DNA from: a virus
Length of the DNA stretch: 64,000 nucleotides
Direction: 5' to 3' (one strand)
IMG/VR virus record: IMGVR_UViG_3300049893_001613
Span: 32,444 to 96,443 of that record
Both the position numbers and the translations under genes were made by a program. Below are positions 21,301 to 32,300 of the stretch, piece by piece (positions within the stretch are counted from its first letter, which is position 1; each line of letters opens with the position of its first letter). The notes under the pieces were generated by a model. It was given only the letters and a program-made list of their open reading frames with translations, ran no database searches and was not told where the DNA came from.

Positions 21301-22177
21301 CTTCTTCCCTGATGACAAACGTGGTAAGGTGTTTCTGTATGATGGTCAGTTACAGGAAATCTCATCTAATGGAATGCGTATATTCTTCAGAGATTTCATG
21401 AATCTTAAAGAAGATCCGTTTGGGCCTGATGACAACCCGTTCACTAATATAGGTTACACAGCTGGGTATGATGAACGTAATAACAGAATCCTTTTAACTA
21501 AAAAGAGTTCAAATGACCAGTCCTGGACAATAAGTTACAACCCTATTAAAAAGGTTTGGGTATCTTATCATACGTACACACCATCATACTACTTCTCAAC
21601 TAATGAGAACAGCTTGTATGCATACACATCGAATAGGTTCTTCCTGGTTAACGGAGATCCTACAAATACACATAAAGGACAGTACTTTACAAACTTGTCT
21701 ACAGTGTCTTCATTTATCGATGTAGTATACACTACTGGAGATAAGGATGTAGTGTTTACCGGAACTAACTGGATAACTGAATCCTACCCATTAACTGTAG
21801 TATCCGGGCAACCAAGTTCTACTTTGAACTACGCTAATACTTTCACTCATCTGACAGCAAGATCTACAGACCACTGTTCAGGTAGAATACAGTTATTAGT
21901 TGCAGATGACTTTAATGACCTGTACTCTGATAAAATCAGGAACAAAAACAGGACATGGTACTACAACAATATCCGTGATGTTAAAATCACAGACGGTTTT
22001 GTAAAAGGGTTTTATGACGATTTCGAGATAGATACTACAAAGCTTAATACAAACATGGAGTGGTACGACCAGCGTAAATTCACTGATAAATTCGTAATTT
22101 GCCGCTACGAATACGATAATACCGTAAATAACAGGCTTCTATTTAGTTCAGCAGACATCGAAGCCAGACCAATATAA
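18326..22177 (+). CDS. tail stabilisation / muzzle protein (crAss Tstab-like)
   Basis: 1283 aa. N-terminal GL.TD....QP.GTY..A.N, W.DD.NPPR.LN, EVYAF, VRHHRFP, W.SYH.Y.P motifs. Confidence 0.8.
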   Translation: MKFDKGLYTDSLEVNQPQGTYRFAKNIVDSNLLGIIENEDGFRELTDVLPYTLIGVIPIEDGAVVFTTDDTDSEIGTITRSGGTLTYQTIYTDQALNFSTSAPIKGEYRKELTGDRVVTWIDDNNPPRILNIDEAAQVDNVNDLEVFGAIANPELTTPVTNDSGGALKVGTYIPITRYKTVDGSVTNWFVHDHVFSISNDPKSGTFASYAGSIPDTITNKSISFILEGCDTTFGTIEVGYVYSSNNVVTIYSVTTATVDTNVPITLTGNETATSVSLDAFLTPSAIYTNAKAITQMAGRLYLGNLTSSSLPVSDLQVAAMDIKIDYTRSLVDVIQNTNNHRDNLPPTFTPGEVYAFYLGVELREGGWLYYHIPGRPAVSNETQQITDEGMTYKRFQIDDTTDAVGAYSTMGFWENSNETYPDEAAYVGAIAGDLRGQNVRHHRFPTTAKLMTFYTGDATVGLSKLPQLGISVSNVDIPDSVKPFISRWKIFFAKKNPNDSLFMGPDLLHLAAYTNEDSTVKWSSGGNWEVWNGNGSGYTKQYTLRTDSMRIHSPDLFISNSGISPTYARFNYSLRRSNVNEIWDGFGTNGGTLTVDAYASSSNDWGTVTSAVIDYTNTTYTSRISSTNFKKRLDNFAYLPENANSGKWYTSFNERSFIADINNSNGFSTLDKLRRVYTNVLTGVTPSGGFFTGTDATPANNGNGREETMYVEYYRYLTDVHSSFLKQDLCPVEGYADKDETTLTGSGGDSYICFISYMTAALRNSPTGGPSSGAASLHLSECLRIWRGYIGYSKYNLNYRYQDTGDIYTYFHAKTDVRELFTPTITTDLRPSSTQNYIPLISTNASNNKISYSTDFNIDNIFAAGVIYASDLPAFSTGGEVQPNTIIYSAAQNEESLEFSWRTFRSEDKYVLNKNKGDIKNLQGFRNRELLIHTTDALFRTRTDAQAATDSESIYLKSANIFDLPPEELIPTPEGYAGTQHKFGCILTKMGYFFPDDKRGKVFLYDGQLQEISSNGMRIFFRDFMNLKEDPFGPDDNPFTNIGYTAGYDERNNRILLTKKSSNDQSWTISYNPIKKVWVSYHTYTPSYYFSTNENSLYAYTSNRFFLVNGDPTNTHKGQYFTNLSTVSSFIDVVYTTGDKDVVFTGTNWITESYPLTVVSGQPSSTLNYANTFTHLTARSTDHCSGRIQLLVADDFNDLYSDKIRNKNRTWYYNNIRDVKITDGFVKGFYDDFEIDTTKLNTNMEWYDQRKFTDKFVICRYEYDNTVNNRLLFSSADIEARPI

Positions 22178-22178
22178 C

Positions 22179-23885
22179 ATGAAGAAGAAAAAGAAAAAAT
22201 TAGTTGTAGGAGGAAACCTGGCACAATACGGGCAACCGGTAGCTCAGGGTATTGGTATGCTTGGTAGTATGTCTGGAAATCCAGTCTTTAGCAGTGCTTC
22301 AATGGGACTACTGGCGGGGGCTAAATTCGGTCCTATGGGTATGATCGCTGGCGCTGGTATAGGAGCCCTAAAAGGTTCTCAGGCTAAGCATGAAGCTGAA
22401 CTAGAAGCAAAAAGAATAAAAGAAGCTCAAGAAGAGATGTACAGGTTTGACAGTGCTAACCAGGCAATTATAAATTCTGGCGGTGGTTTAAAACACGGAG
22501 GTAAACTTCTGGCAAAATCCTTGAATCCTATAAAAGGTGGTGGGTTAGTTCCTATTTCTGAAGACGCAGTAGAAGTTAAAGGTAACAACCCGAATGTTAC
22601 TGATGGTGTGGAATTAGAATCAGCACATGTTGACCATGGTGAAGTAATCAGTTCACTACCCGACCTTGGCAAATTTGTATTCTCTAAAGAACTTGGTTAC
22701 GCTAAAAAAGCTAAAGCTCTGGAGAAAATGAAAGACGACCGTCCAAGATTTAAAGCAGTCAATCAGAAAGTGGACCAGGAACTACTGGCCCTGGCAAATG
22801 AACAAGAGAGTATGAAAACAGGTAAAAATAAAACATCACTGGCTGAAGGAGGTTACATCCTTAGAAAGAAACTGGATCCAGATCGCAAACAACCAGCAAA
22901 AGGAGCTAAGCCTATAGAAATTAAAGGCCCTACACCTCTTGGTGATGAATCAAAGTACTTCCTTAATAAACCTAAGAAGAAACTGGTGTGGGGTGGAGAG
23001 ACTGATCCTTTTGATTTTCAAAAGACAGCTGAACAAGCGTCAATGAACAGAATCCCGGGTGTTAACGCCCAAGCAGATCCATTTGCTATAGATAAAAATG
23101 AATTACTTGGTCTTACCGCTAAATGGGATCAGCAGGAAGCTGCTGACTACAAGGGTGAAACTATTACCCCTGAAATGCCGACTGAAAAAGCTCAAACCAT
23201 GCCAAAGAAATTTAATTGGGGGAAAGCGCTTCAAAACGGTGTAACCGGTTTAGCCACATTCGGTCCTAACTTGTTTACCAATAACGCTATTAAAAAGCTC
23301 AAAGGACCTCCGCAGAGCGCGATGGAGAGAGCTGTAACCCTTAAGAAGGTAAATCCTAATGCCCAGCTTGCAAGCGCTAGAAACGCCTTTAATGACGCCA
23401 ACGAGGTTGTACGAAAAGGTGTAGGTAACTTCAGTAACTTAGCATCAGGAACAGGATCTTTACTTGCAAAAAGACTGGAAGCTGAAAATCAGATCTTTGG
23501 GCGAGTTAATGACCAGAACATTGGTATTCAGAACCAGGAAGCCGGCTTGAATGTAGGTGTAAATCTGCGTAACACAGAGCGGTTAAACAGATTTAGTGAA
23601 AACAAGACAGAATTTGAAAACAAAAAGATCCAACTGAAATCTGAAAACGTAGCCAATGTAGCTAAAAAAAGCTTACAGATAGGTCAGGAGAAAGAACGAA
23701 TGGCGCTGGATAAATTAAAAGCCAAAATTATAGCCGGCCAGTATGGTGATTCAGGAGTTCTTGCTCGGTTAGGGGAGAAATTCAAAATGGAAGATCCGGA
23801 AGCTTACGAAGAACTGAAGTCACAAGGATTCTTTAGACTTGGTGGTCTTATGAGTAATAAGCTCTCTAAAAAGAAAAAGAAGTAA
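22179..23885 (+). CDS. virion cargo/internal protein with repeated basic-hydrophobic-x-x-GG motifs
   Basis: Gly-rich hydrophobic N-terminus, V...EVI....FVFS..LG module, five phi-x-x-GG motifs. Confidence 0.55.
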   Translation: MKKKKKKLVVGGNLAQYGQPVAQGIGMLGSMSGNPVFSSASMGLLAGAKFGPMGMIAGAGIGALKGSQAKHEAELEAKRIKEAQEEMYRFDSANQAIINSGGGLKHGGKLLAKSLNPIKGGGLVPISEDAVEVKGNNPNVTDGVELESAHVDHGEVISSLPDLGKFVFSKELGYAKKAKALEKMKDDRPRFKAVNQKVDQELLALANEQESMKTGKNKTSLAEGGYILRKKLDPDRKQPAKGAKPIEIKGPTPLGDESKYFLNKPKKKLVWGGETDPFDFQKTAEQASMNRIPGVNAQADPFAIDKNELLGLTAKWDQQEAADYKGETITPEMPTEKAQTMPKKFNWGKALQNGVTGLATFGPNLFTNNAIKKLKGPPQSAMERAVTLKKVNPNAQLASARNAFNDANEVVRKGVGNFSNLASGTGSLLAKRLEAENQIFGRVNDQNIGIQNQEAGLNVGVNLRNTERLNRFSENKTEFENKKIQLKSENVANVAKKSLQIGQEKERMALDKLKAKIIAGQYGDSGVLARLGEKFKMEDPEAYEELKSQGFFRLGGLMSNKLSKKKKK

Positions 23886-23889
23886 AAAC

Positions 23890-23951
23890 TTTGTTTTAAG
23901 AAGGAAACTTCTTACCTTTCGACCTAAAATGTGGTTAAACACGTTTTAGGT
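23890..23951 (+). promoter_or_regulatory. putative promoter plus leader hairpin for the GIY-YIG gene
   Basis: TTTG (23890) ... TACCTTTCG (23913), followed by a 12-bp hairpin ACCTAAAATGTG-GTTAAA-CACGTTTTAGGT ending 14 nt before the ATG. Confidence 0.45.
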
Positions 23952-23964
23952 TTAGAAGGTTAAA

Positions 23965-24330
23965 ATGGAGAATCCTCGCGTAGAAACAGAAAGTAACACC
24001 CAATACATTTATCTGTTATTGGACCCACGTAATAACCAACCTGTTTATGTTGGTAAAGCAAAGTGTGTTATTAGCAGATTAGGTTTACACCTTTGTGTAA
24101 AAGCAAAGCACAACCCGGCTTTTTATGCCTTTATTGAGGAATTAAAGCGATCCTTGCTTATTCCTAAAATTCAAATTTTAGAAACAACTGATGATGATCA
24201 CGCTACAGAAAGAGAAACTTTCTGGATTGGTCATTATTTTTCATTGTACCCAAATTTATACAACCGATCTCTCAGACCAAAAAGTATGCTTAAAACTAAG
24301 CAATACGTCAAAACTTTAAAAAGAAATTAA
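23965..24330 (+). CDS. free-standing GIY-YIG endonuclease
   Basis: YIYLLLDPR...YVGKA....R...H and E..WI....NL.N motifs. Confidence 0.8.
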   Translation: MENPRVETESNTQYIYLLLDPRNNQPVYVGKAKCVISRLGLHLCVKAKHNPAFYAFIEELKRSLLIPKIQILETTDDDHATERETFWIGHYFSLYPNLYNRSLRPKSMLKTKQYVKTLKRN

Positions 24331-24332
24331 CA

Positions 24333-26333
24333 ATGGGTTTATATTCAGATCTCTCCTTAAATTCAGGAGAATACATTCCACAGTACGCTGGGGCTCCTCT
24401 GGCCGAAATGCAGAAAACAGCTGATACTCTTGCCGGACGCCACTACCAAAACATTGCTCAAGCCAATCAGCTTGAGATCATGGCCAACCAGCTTAAGTCT
24501 AAACTCCTACCAGGAGCGAAAGGATACGTTGACCAACATATCAACTCTATCAATGAAGCATTAGCAGAAATGGCTAAAAGTGGTGGTGAAAACGCTACAG
24601 CTCGGGTACAAGCCCTGGCCAGAACTTTACAGGGAGACCAAGGTATTCTCAATGGTCTTCAGAGAGCTCAGGAATACGCTAAACAGACTGAGGCTATCGA
24701 TGCCTTAAAACTAAAAGGGGAGATACCTTTATTTGATGAAGCAAGGCGTAAACAGCTGGAAGCAGCCAGTGCAACCGATGAGCTGTACAACTCACCATAT
24801 TCTATGGAAGTTGAACCATACAAGAGCCCAACTCCAGAAATGGATGAAGTATGGAATGTAATTAAACCCGATTCATATGAAGGTGCTATTCATGCTGCAA
24901 TGAACACTACAGCTAAAAACCTTCTTGGTAAGAACATAGAAGGGATGGACCCTGACCTGCCTTTATTCTTTGAAAGTATCACAACTTCAGGAATCAGTGG
25001 CCAGAAAATTAAAGACATGCTCGACAACGCGTGGAGCACTTACCAGAATTCAGAATCCTTTAAACAACAAACCGGTAAACTGGTAGGCAAATCTCCAGCC
25101 CAGGTTAAACAGGAATTCTATAAGCGTGGTTTAATGGGTGTGTACAGTAACCTTCAAAGAACCTACAATGCAACTCCAGCAGCTGCTTTAAACGGAGGAA
25201 GTGGTAGCACCGCAGAACCCGCAGCTATCAATGTTCCAATGGATGCTACTGTAAGAACTAACTTCGATAAGAATACATCCGTAATTCCAGGAGTAGTTGA
25301 CAAAGCGCTACTAAATTCAGAACGTAAGGTAATTGAAGGTCAGCTGAACTCCATGGCTATGACGGATAAAATAGCACCACTAGACGCAAAAGCTTTAAAA
25401 GAAAAAGCTAAACTGGAAAAACGGTTAGGTGAGATTAATGCTGAAGAAAAAAGAACACAAGCTGACGTAGACGCAGAACAACTAGCTACGTTTAAAACAG
25501 CTGTAGAAGTATTAGGCACTCAACCAATAAGCTCTTCTATTTATCTTGGTAAACCCGGACCACAGAAAACAACTGAAAGCATGACTGATGCTGAATGGAA
25601 AGCATTTATGCAAACTCCTGAAGGGCAGACAGCTTTAAATCAATACAATCAACAGTACCAGTCATTACGTTACAATAATGCTTTTGCTACTGTACCACTT
25701 ACAAGTGATGCTTCTCAGACGAATGAACAGTTTCTGCAGAAGACAGCTCACTTCAGAAAGATTATGCCGGTTGACGGATCTGAAGAACCGACAACAATAA
25801 TGAATGAAAACAACGAACCAGCTAGTGACGAACTAGCCGTAGTAAATGAAGCTATCTCAACTGGACAGTTTGAATACATTGGTATGGCTACTCCAAGAAA
25901 CTTGTTCGCTAAGAAAGCTAATGACAAGTCATTTACCCGAGCTATCCGTGTTCGTATAAAAGATCCTAACAAAGCGGGAGCAACTAAAGATTACTTCTTA
26001 AGCCAGCCTGCTGGTATGACAACTCCAATCGACACAAACGAGAACGTGCTCTGGGAAAGAGCTACTTCTAAGCCTGGAGCTTTTGTTCCGGCTGGTGGAG
26101 GATATGAAATACAAACAATGCCTACTGTACAACAACGCGAGAAGTTGTATCCAAAGTACGGAACTTCAGTAGAAGTTGACGGACAGTACAAAACAATTGA
26201 TCAGGCAAAATTCGTAAACAACCCTGAAACAGTATTACTGAAAACCAAAGACGGTAAAGTAATACCTTTTGCTAATTACTCGATGGCTGCTAAATATCTT
26301 GCAGACCAAGGAGTAGAACTTAACATAGAATAA
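24333..26333 (+). CDS. virion cargo/ejection protein
   Basis: 666 aa, helical; N-terminal YIPQYAG.P motif; immediately upstream of the giant RNAP gene as in crAss-like phages. Confidence 0.55.
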   Translation: MGLYSDLSLNSGEYIPQYAGAPLAEMQKTADTLAGRHYQNIAQANQLEIMANQLKSKLLPGAKGYVDQHINSINEALAEMAKSGGENATARVQALARTLQGDQGILNGLQRAQEYAKQTEAIDALKLKGEIPLFDEARRKQLEAASATDELYNSPYSMEVEPYKSPTPEMDEVWNVIKPDSYEGAIHAAMNTTAKNLLGKNIEGMDPDLPLFFESITTSGISGQKIKDMLDNAWSTYQNSESFKQQTGKLVGKSPAQVKQEFYKRGLMGVYSNLQRTYNATPAAALNGGSGSTAEPAAINVPMDATVRTNFDKNTSVIPGVVDKALLNSERKVIEGQLNSMAMTDKIAPLDAKALKEKAKLEKRLGEINAEEKRTQADVDAEQLATFKTAVEVLGTQPISSSIYLGKPGPQKTTESMTDAEWKAFMQTPEGQTALNQYNQQYQSLRYNNAFATVPLTSDASQTNEQFLQKTAHFRKIMPVDGSEEPTTIMNENNEPASDELAVVNEAISTGQFEYIGMATPRNLFAKKANDKSFTRAIRVRIKDPNKAGATKDYFLSQPAGMTTPIDTNENVLWERATSKPGAFVPAGGGYEIQTMPTVQQREKLYPKYGTSVEVDGQYKTIDQAKFVNNPETVLLKTKDGKVIPFANYSMAAKYLADQGVELNIE

Positions 26334-26336
26334 TCA

Positions 26337-29300
26337 ATGGCTAAAAAAACACCATTAACAGACTTAGGATTTGATCAACTAGGTAAAGTAAAACCACTTG
26401 CTCCTCTGGGTACAACTCCAGACCCACTTGGTTTTGACACCCAGGTTAACTCACCTTCTCCTTATGAAGGTCCAACCCCTAGTGAACAATACACTCCAGG
26501 ATACATAGCTGAAACAAGCTTAAAAGATCATATTGCTGCTAATCAAGATGGTTGGGATCAGTTCGCTAACTTCTTTGAACAAACTGGTGTAGGTGCCTTA
26601 GCCGGTACTATAGAAACAGCTTCATACATGGCTGACTTCGAACAACACTGGAATTGGTTAAAAGGTGAAGAAACAGAGTACAAAAACTGGTTAGGTGAAG
26701 GGATGAAGAAAATTGTTGAAGAGAACAAAGAACTCTTCCCAATCTATCTTTCTGAAAAGAATGAAGGGTTTGAACCTTCATCAGCAGAGTGGTGGGCTCA
26801 TCATGGTGGTTCCGGATTAGGAACTGTACTGGGTCTGTTGGTTCCTGGTTTAGGAGTAGCAAAACTTGGTAAGCTTGCTGGTATGGGTAAAACAGGACAA
26901 GCTATCTCAGCTACTGTAGCATCACGTACAGCCGAGTCTACAATGGAGGCTAATCAAGTCTTCGAGGAAAGCTACAAAACATTACTTGACAGAGGAATAG
27001 ATACAGAGACAGCTAAGCAATTAGCTGGAAAAGCTGCTACAACCACTTGGAATACTAACTGGTTATTTGCTCTTCAGGATTTTGCTCAATTCAATACTAT
27101 CCTTAAAGGAGCAAAAGTTTCTGCTAAAGGAGCAAAAGGATTAGGTATTAAACAATTCCTTGGACAATCCGCCTGGGAAGGTGCTGAAGAAGCAGGACAA
27201 TACACTGTACAACAAGAAGCTAAACGTCTCGCTCTCGAGTCAGACGCGGACTACTTTGGAGCTGGTTTCAATAAGAGATTAGCAGATTATGTAGATGATG
27301 ATGAATTCTTAACATCAACATTACTTGGTGCTGCAGGTGGAGGTTTATTCCATGTAGCTGGTAAAGCAGCTGAAGCGGTTACAGAAGTGCAACAAGGTGA
27401 CTACATTCCAAGGATTAAAGAAAAGATATTTAATACTGTAAAGCGTGGACTACAAAAAGTACGCGCTAATACAGTTGATGACACAGGTACATCTCAGACC
27501 ATCTCTAACGTAGAGCTGGCCAACATGTACGTGGACCGGTTAAACAAAGGTAAGTTAAACAACTATACTGAAGAGTTAGAAGAACTGAAGAAAAAAACTG
27601 AAACAGACTCTGATGTAAAAAGAACAATAGATGAGCACATCGAGGACGTGGAGTTCTTGAAAACTGAAGAAGCTCGTTTGAAGAATTCTCCTATACCCGC
27701 AGAGTTTCACAAACATATTCTGACTACAACTCTTGAACAAAGACAGAAGTCAAGATTACAGAAGCAACTGTCTAACGAATTACAGGCTCTTGAACAAGAT
27801 CTGTTAAGAGAAGACCAGTTAACTCCTGAACTACAACAGCTTAAAAAGCTGCAGATAAGTGCTGCTGGTTACGCAAAGCTGGCCCAGACTAATCCTAAAT
27901 TTGTACCGGTTGCTGAGCAAATGACTAAAGCATTTGAACAGGCTAAGCAGGATTTCAAAGCAGGTAACGTACTTGGTGCTATTGCTGATCTTGATAAAGT
28001 ATTATTAACTAACCGCGATGCTGCACTCTTCGAAAAAGCATTCCAGTTAATTTCTACTCAAGAACAACAAAAGGATCTCAAGGATGAGCTTGCTAAAGTA
28101 ACAACTCCTGAGGGCCTTGCACAGATAGCTAAGGAACGTGCTGAAAAGAAAATCAATGCTGAATCTCAAGCTGTACTTAATAACCCAAAAGCAACTAAAG
28201 AAGAAATTCTTCAAGCTGCAGCAAACACTACTGATGAAGCATTAAAAGTTGAGTTAGCTAAGAAACATCAGGCTCTTGTAGATGCTGATAAGGCAGCTAA
28301 CGAAGCCAAGACTAAAGCTCTTGTAGATGAGGGAGCTCCTGAAGCACCTGAAGAGAGACTTCCTGATGAAATACCATTTGACTTCGATCCAAACTTCGAA
28401 GTAGTTCCTGAAGTAGAGGACGCTCCACTTCCGGATGAAATTCCTTTTGCTGGTGGATTAAGTCCTGAACAAGCCCAGAAATGGGGAGGACTAAGCCCAG
28501 AACAGGTGACTACAATGCTGAGTCAACTTAATACTGAACAACAGGAAGCAAAACCTGTACCTACTGATCAGCAGGGAGAGAAAGATATTAAAGCAAGTGA
28601 GGCTAGACGTGATCAGTCAACAGTTGGTACCATCTCTATGGACCATCTTGGAGATGAAGCCCAAACACCGCAGAAGTACCACCATGTTAATGGACAGGTT
28701 GGTACTGCAGAAGACGTGTTTGCAGTCGAACCAATGACTGGACAATTACTTGTTAACACTCCGGTTATTCAACCAGGAATGACTGTAACATTGAAAGTAG
28801 AAAACGAATTCCCATGGACACAACGTGCTGGGTTTGTTCCTAACAGTGTTGATAACTACACTATCAATGTGTACATGGAAGGTGTATCTCAGCCATTAAC
28901 ACAACTTCGTAACGTTGATAATAAGAAATTAAATGAACCAGCTAAAGTTGAAGAACAAGATAATAACAGAGCTCTACGTAACAGAATTATTGCTGCGGGA
29001 GGAACTCTGCAAACAACCATTACTGGTAAGAACCTTGGCTCTATTCGCGTCTCTGATCGTAAGAATTCAGTTGAAATATTTCAGTCTGATTTCGTAGAAA
29101 CTCCTGAAGGTTGGTCATTCCAGAACACCGGGCATAACCCAGCATTTGGATTTATAGACTTCAACGGTTTAATTGAAGTGCCTAACCTGCGTAGTATGGC
29201 TGGAATGTCGTCAGCTACGGCAGACCGTATTGAAGCAGCTGTACTCGAGCTGTCAAAGAACACAGCTCAATTGTCCAAGATGAGAGGTAAGATTATTACC

Positions 29301-32300
29301 TTCCGTACAGGACCAGATGGTACTATGAGAATCATAGGGCTCGAGCCAAACAAGCTTAATGAAAACGAAGTTAACTGGTTAATACAGAATCTACCAGGAT
29401 TGATCAGTTCTAAGAACTACACTGATCTTGACAGTGTTGTATACATGCCTAAGCACGCCCCTGGAGTGTACTCAGCTAATAAAGGACTTCCTGATGTGCT
29501 TACATTAGATCGTAGAAGAATACACCTGGTTAATACAACAAAAACTAAGGCTGATGTTCTATTACCACTAACTGGTGAAGCGGGTAAGAAGATCTGGGTT
29601 ATACTGGATTCCCCACAACTTAAACCAATGTTATCCGGACAACCTTTTGGATTCAGAATCATGACTCCTGATGGTAACAAAACTGCAGTGATGCTTAATC
29701 ACCCAGCAGGTCCAAAGATTGCTGAGCAGTTCAAGAAATTACTGAGCAATCAGTTCAAAAACATTAACAAGAAAAACTTAAACTCAGAGATAGTTTATAC
29801 GGACCCTACAGATCCAAATGCGACACCGTCTAATTCATACTACGAGTACCTGGTTAAGACGGGTTCTCTATATACTAATCTACCGGGCTCTAAAACACTT
29901 GGAAACGGTAAAGATTCTTCTTATTCATTTAACCAGGTAAGTCTATACTTAGATCCTAACCCGGCTGATGAAGTAGCAAAAGTAGACCACTCAGGTGAGA
30001 CTACTATTATACATGATGTTAAGCCAGCTCCAATACCTACTCCAACAGAAACTCCTACCCCTAAAAAAAGAGGAAGTGCTTTGGATGAAATTTATGGAGA
30101 AGGTAAATTACGTGCTGTAGTAGGTAATCATAAATTTGAAACAATCACTGAAAAAGAATTACAGTGGTTTAAAGAGACTTATGGTGAGGAATTCCTTACT
30201 ATTGCTAAAAACATTGACAAGATCGTTACTGAAGGTGGAGTAGAAGCATTTGGTATGTACTACAATGCCATGGTAACCCTTGCTGAGAAAGGTGAGACCG
30301 GTTCATTAGCTCACGAAGCTATGCACTTAGTACTTGATCCTATGACAGGTGTTGTAAGTGCAAAAGAAAGAGAAGACATTCTTAATGCTGCAGCTAAAGC
30401 TTACGGTATTGAAAGAAGTTATGACACTCTACAACCTAAGTTACGTGTTACAGATTCTTATGCTGGTCCTATTGCTCCGCTGGCAACAGAAGAAGCTGGT
30501 GAAACAAAAGCCCCTAAGGACTACATTGACTACTTTAAAAAGCGTTATAACTTAGCTAAAACTAAGTATGGTGGTCCAAGAACAGCTAAACAAAAAGAAA
30601 AGCACAAGGATAGACTTGACACATTCGCTTCAAGACTTAGAAGTGGTTATGTAAACAGAAAGTTTATTAACCAGCGAGCTGAAGCGCCAAAGTTTGCCGA
30701 GATTGATAAAGCTGGGGAAATTATTCCTATTACTCTTAGATTCCTTGAAAACATCAAGAAGAATAAGAACCACAGTACTTCTCTCGAAAGACCATTTAGC
30801 TTCAAAGACGCAACTCCAAAAGAAAATGAAGTTCTGAAAGAATTCTATGATGCTTTAAAAGCTGAAATTGAATTAAAATTCAAAAGCGAAAACAAACCTG
30901 TACCTAAGAATATCTCTAATGACAGGTTGGTTGATAAACTTGACGAGTGGTTACAAAAGAATTACAGTATACAAGCATATCCTGTACCAACTACACATCA
31001 ACCTTACGGTTTGTACTCAATAATTAGTGGGCATCCTAAAGTAGAAGGTGGAGAAGTATTCATTTCTGATGGATTACACTTCCCCCAACTTAATACTGGT
31101 CACGCTAAACAGCTAACCGACAAAACCTATTCTAACACATTAGGGTGGTACATTAATGCAAAGATCAATGATTCTACTTTCCTGTATGAATTCCAATCAG
31201 ATATTCTACCTGAAATAGCAGAAGGGAACTTTACATTTGTAAGAAGAGTGCAAACTCCAGAGGACCAGGAAACCGGTGAGATCGAATTCATATCATCTCT
31301 TCCAAGCAAATTATCTTACGACCATTTGAAGTTTACCAGAACAGCATCAGAAGCTGAAGTAAAAAACAAAATAGCTGATGTTGTAGAAGACTACGTAGAT
31401 ACTTGGATGGAAAGTACTGCTGATGATCTATTACATGCAGAAAAACACATGCGTGGTGATAGTAGTGCTTCACGCCAGCCTACACCCGATGCAGAAATAG
31501 ACAGATTAATTGAAAACGCTAACAAACCATCTCTTGCTTTAACAGCTGCTTACATTGGACATAAGAAGAAAACCGGTATAATCAAAAAGCTAGTTAATGA
31601 TTATGAAAAAAGTAATGAAGCTAATCCTCAAGAATTCTTCAACAAACTTGAAAAAGTTTTAGCACAATCTATTAAACCGATACTGGAACTTGCTGAATTT
31701 CAATCACCTAAATCTTTCTTTGTAAGTGAGGCGGATGATGTATCAGCTCACATTAAAGTAGAAACGGCTTCTGGTCGTAAATACTATCTAAACAGTATAA
31801 AGAGAGTGCTGGATGATATTGTTACTACAAATACTACTCGCAGATCAAGACCAGGACGTAGACCAGCTCAGCAAGAGCCAGTAAAAGTTCCTAAAACTCT
31901 GAAAGAACTATTCAAGATGCAGAAAGAAAATAAGGAACGTCTGCTAAAGATGGCTCATTCTGCTGTTCTTAGAAACAAAGCTACAGAAACTAAAGCTGCA
32001 CTACAATCTGAGATAGGGGAATATTATGAAGTAAGACGTGAAAAAATAAAGAATTACTTCAAAGAGTTGTTATTCGAAGAAGGAGCTCCTTACCAGGACT
32101 ACATTTCTGAAGTTGTAGAATACAACACTAAACAAGTAATGCGTGAGCTTACTGGTGATGATACTAAGTACAAAGTAGGTGAGGATTTAGCCAAACTACA
32201 GACTACTTACGAACATTGGTATAAAGTGATGTTCGACAAGTTCATTCGTGTGGCTCTTTACAGAGCTAAACAAGAGGGATTAAAAGAAGTTTATTTACCT

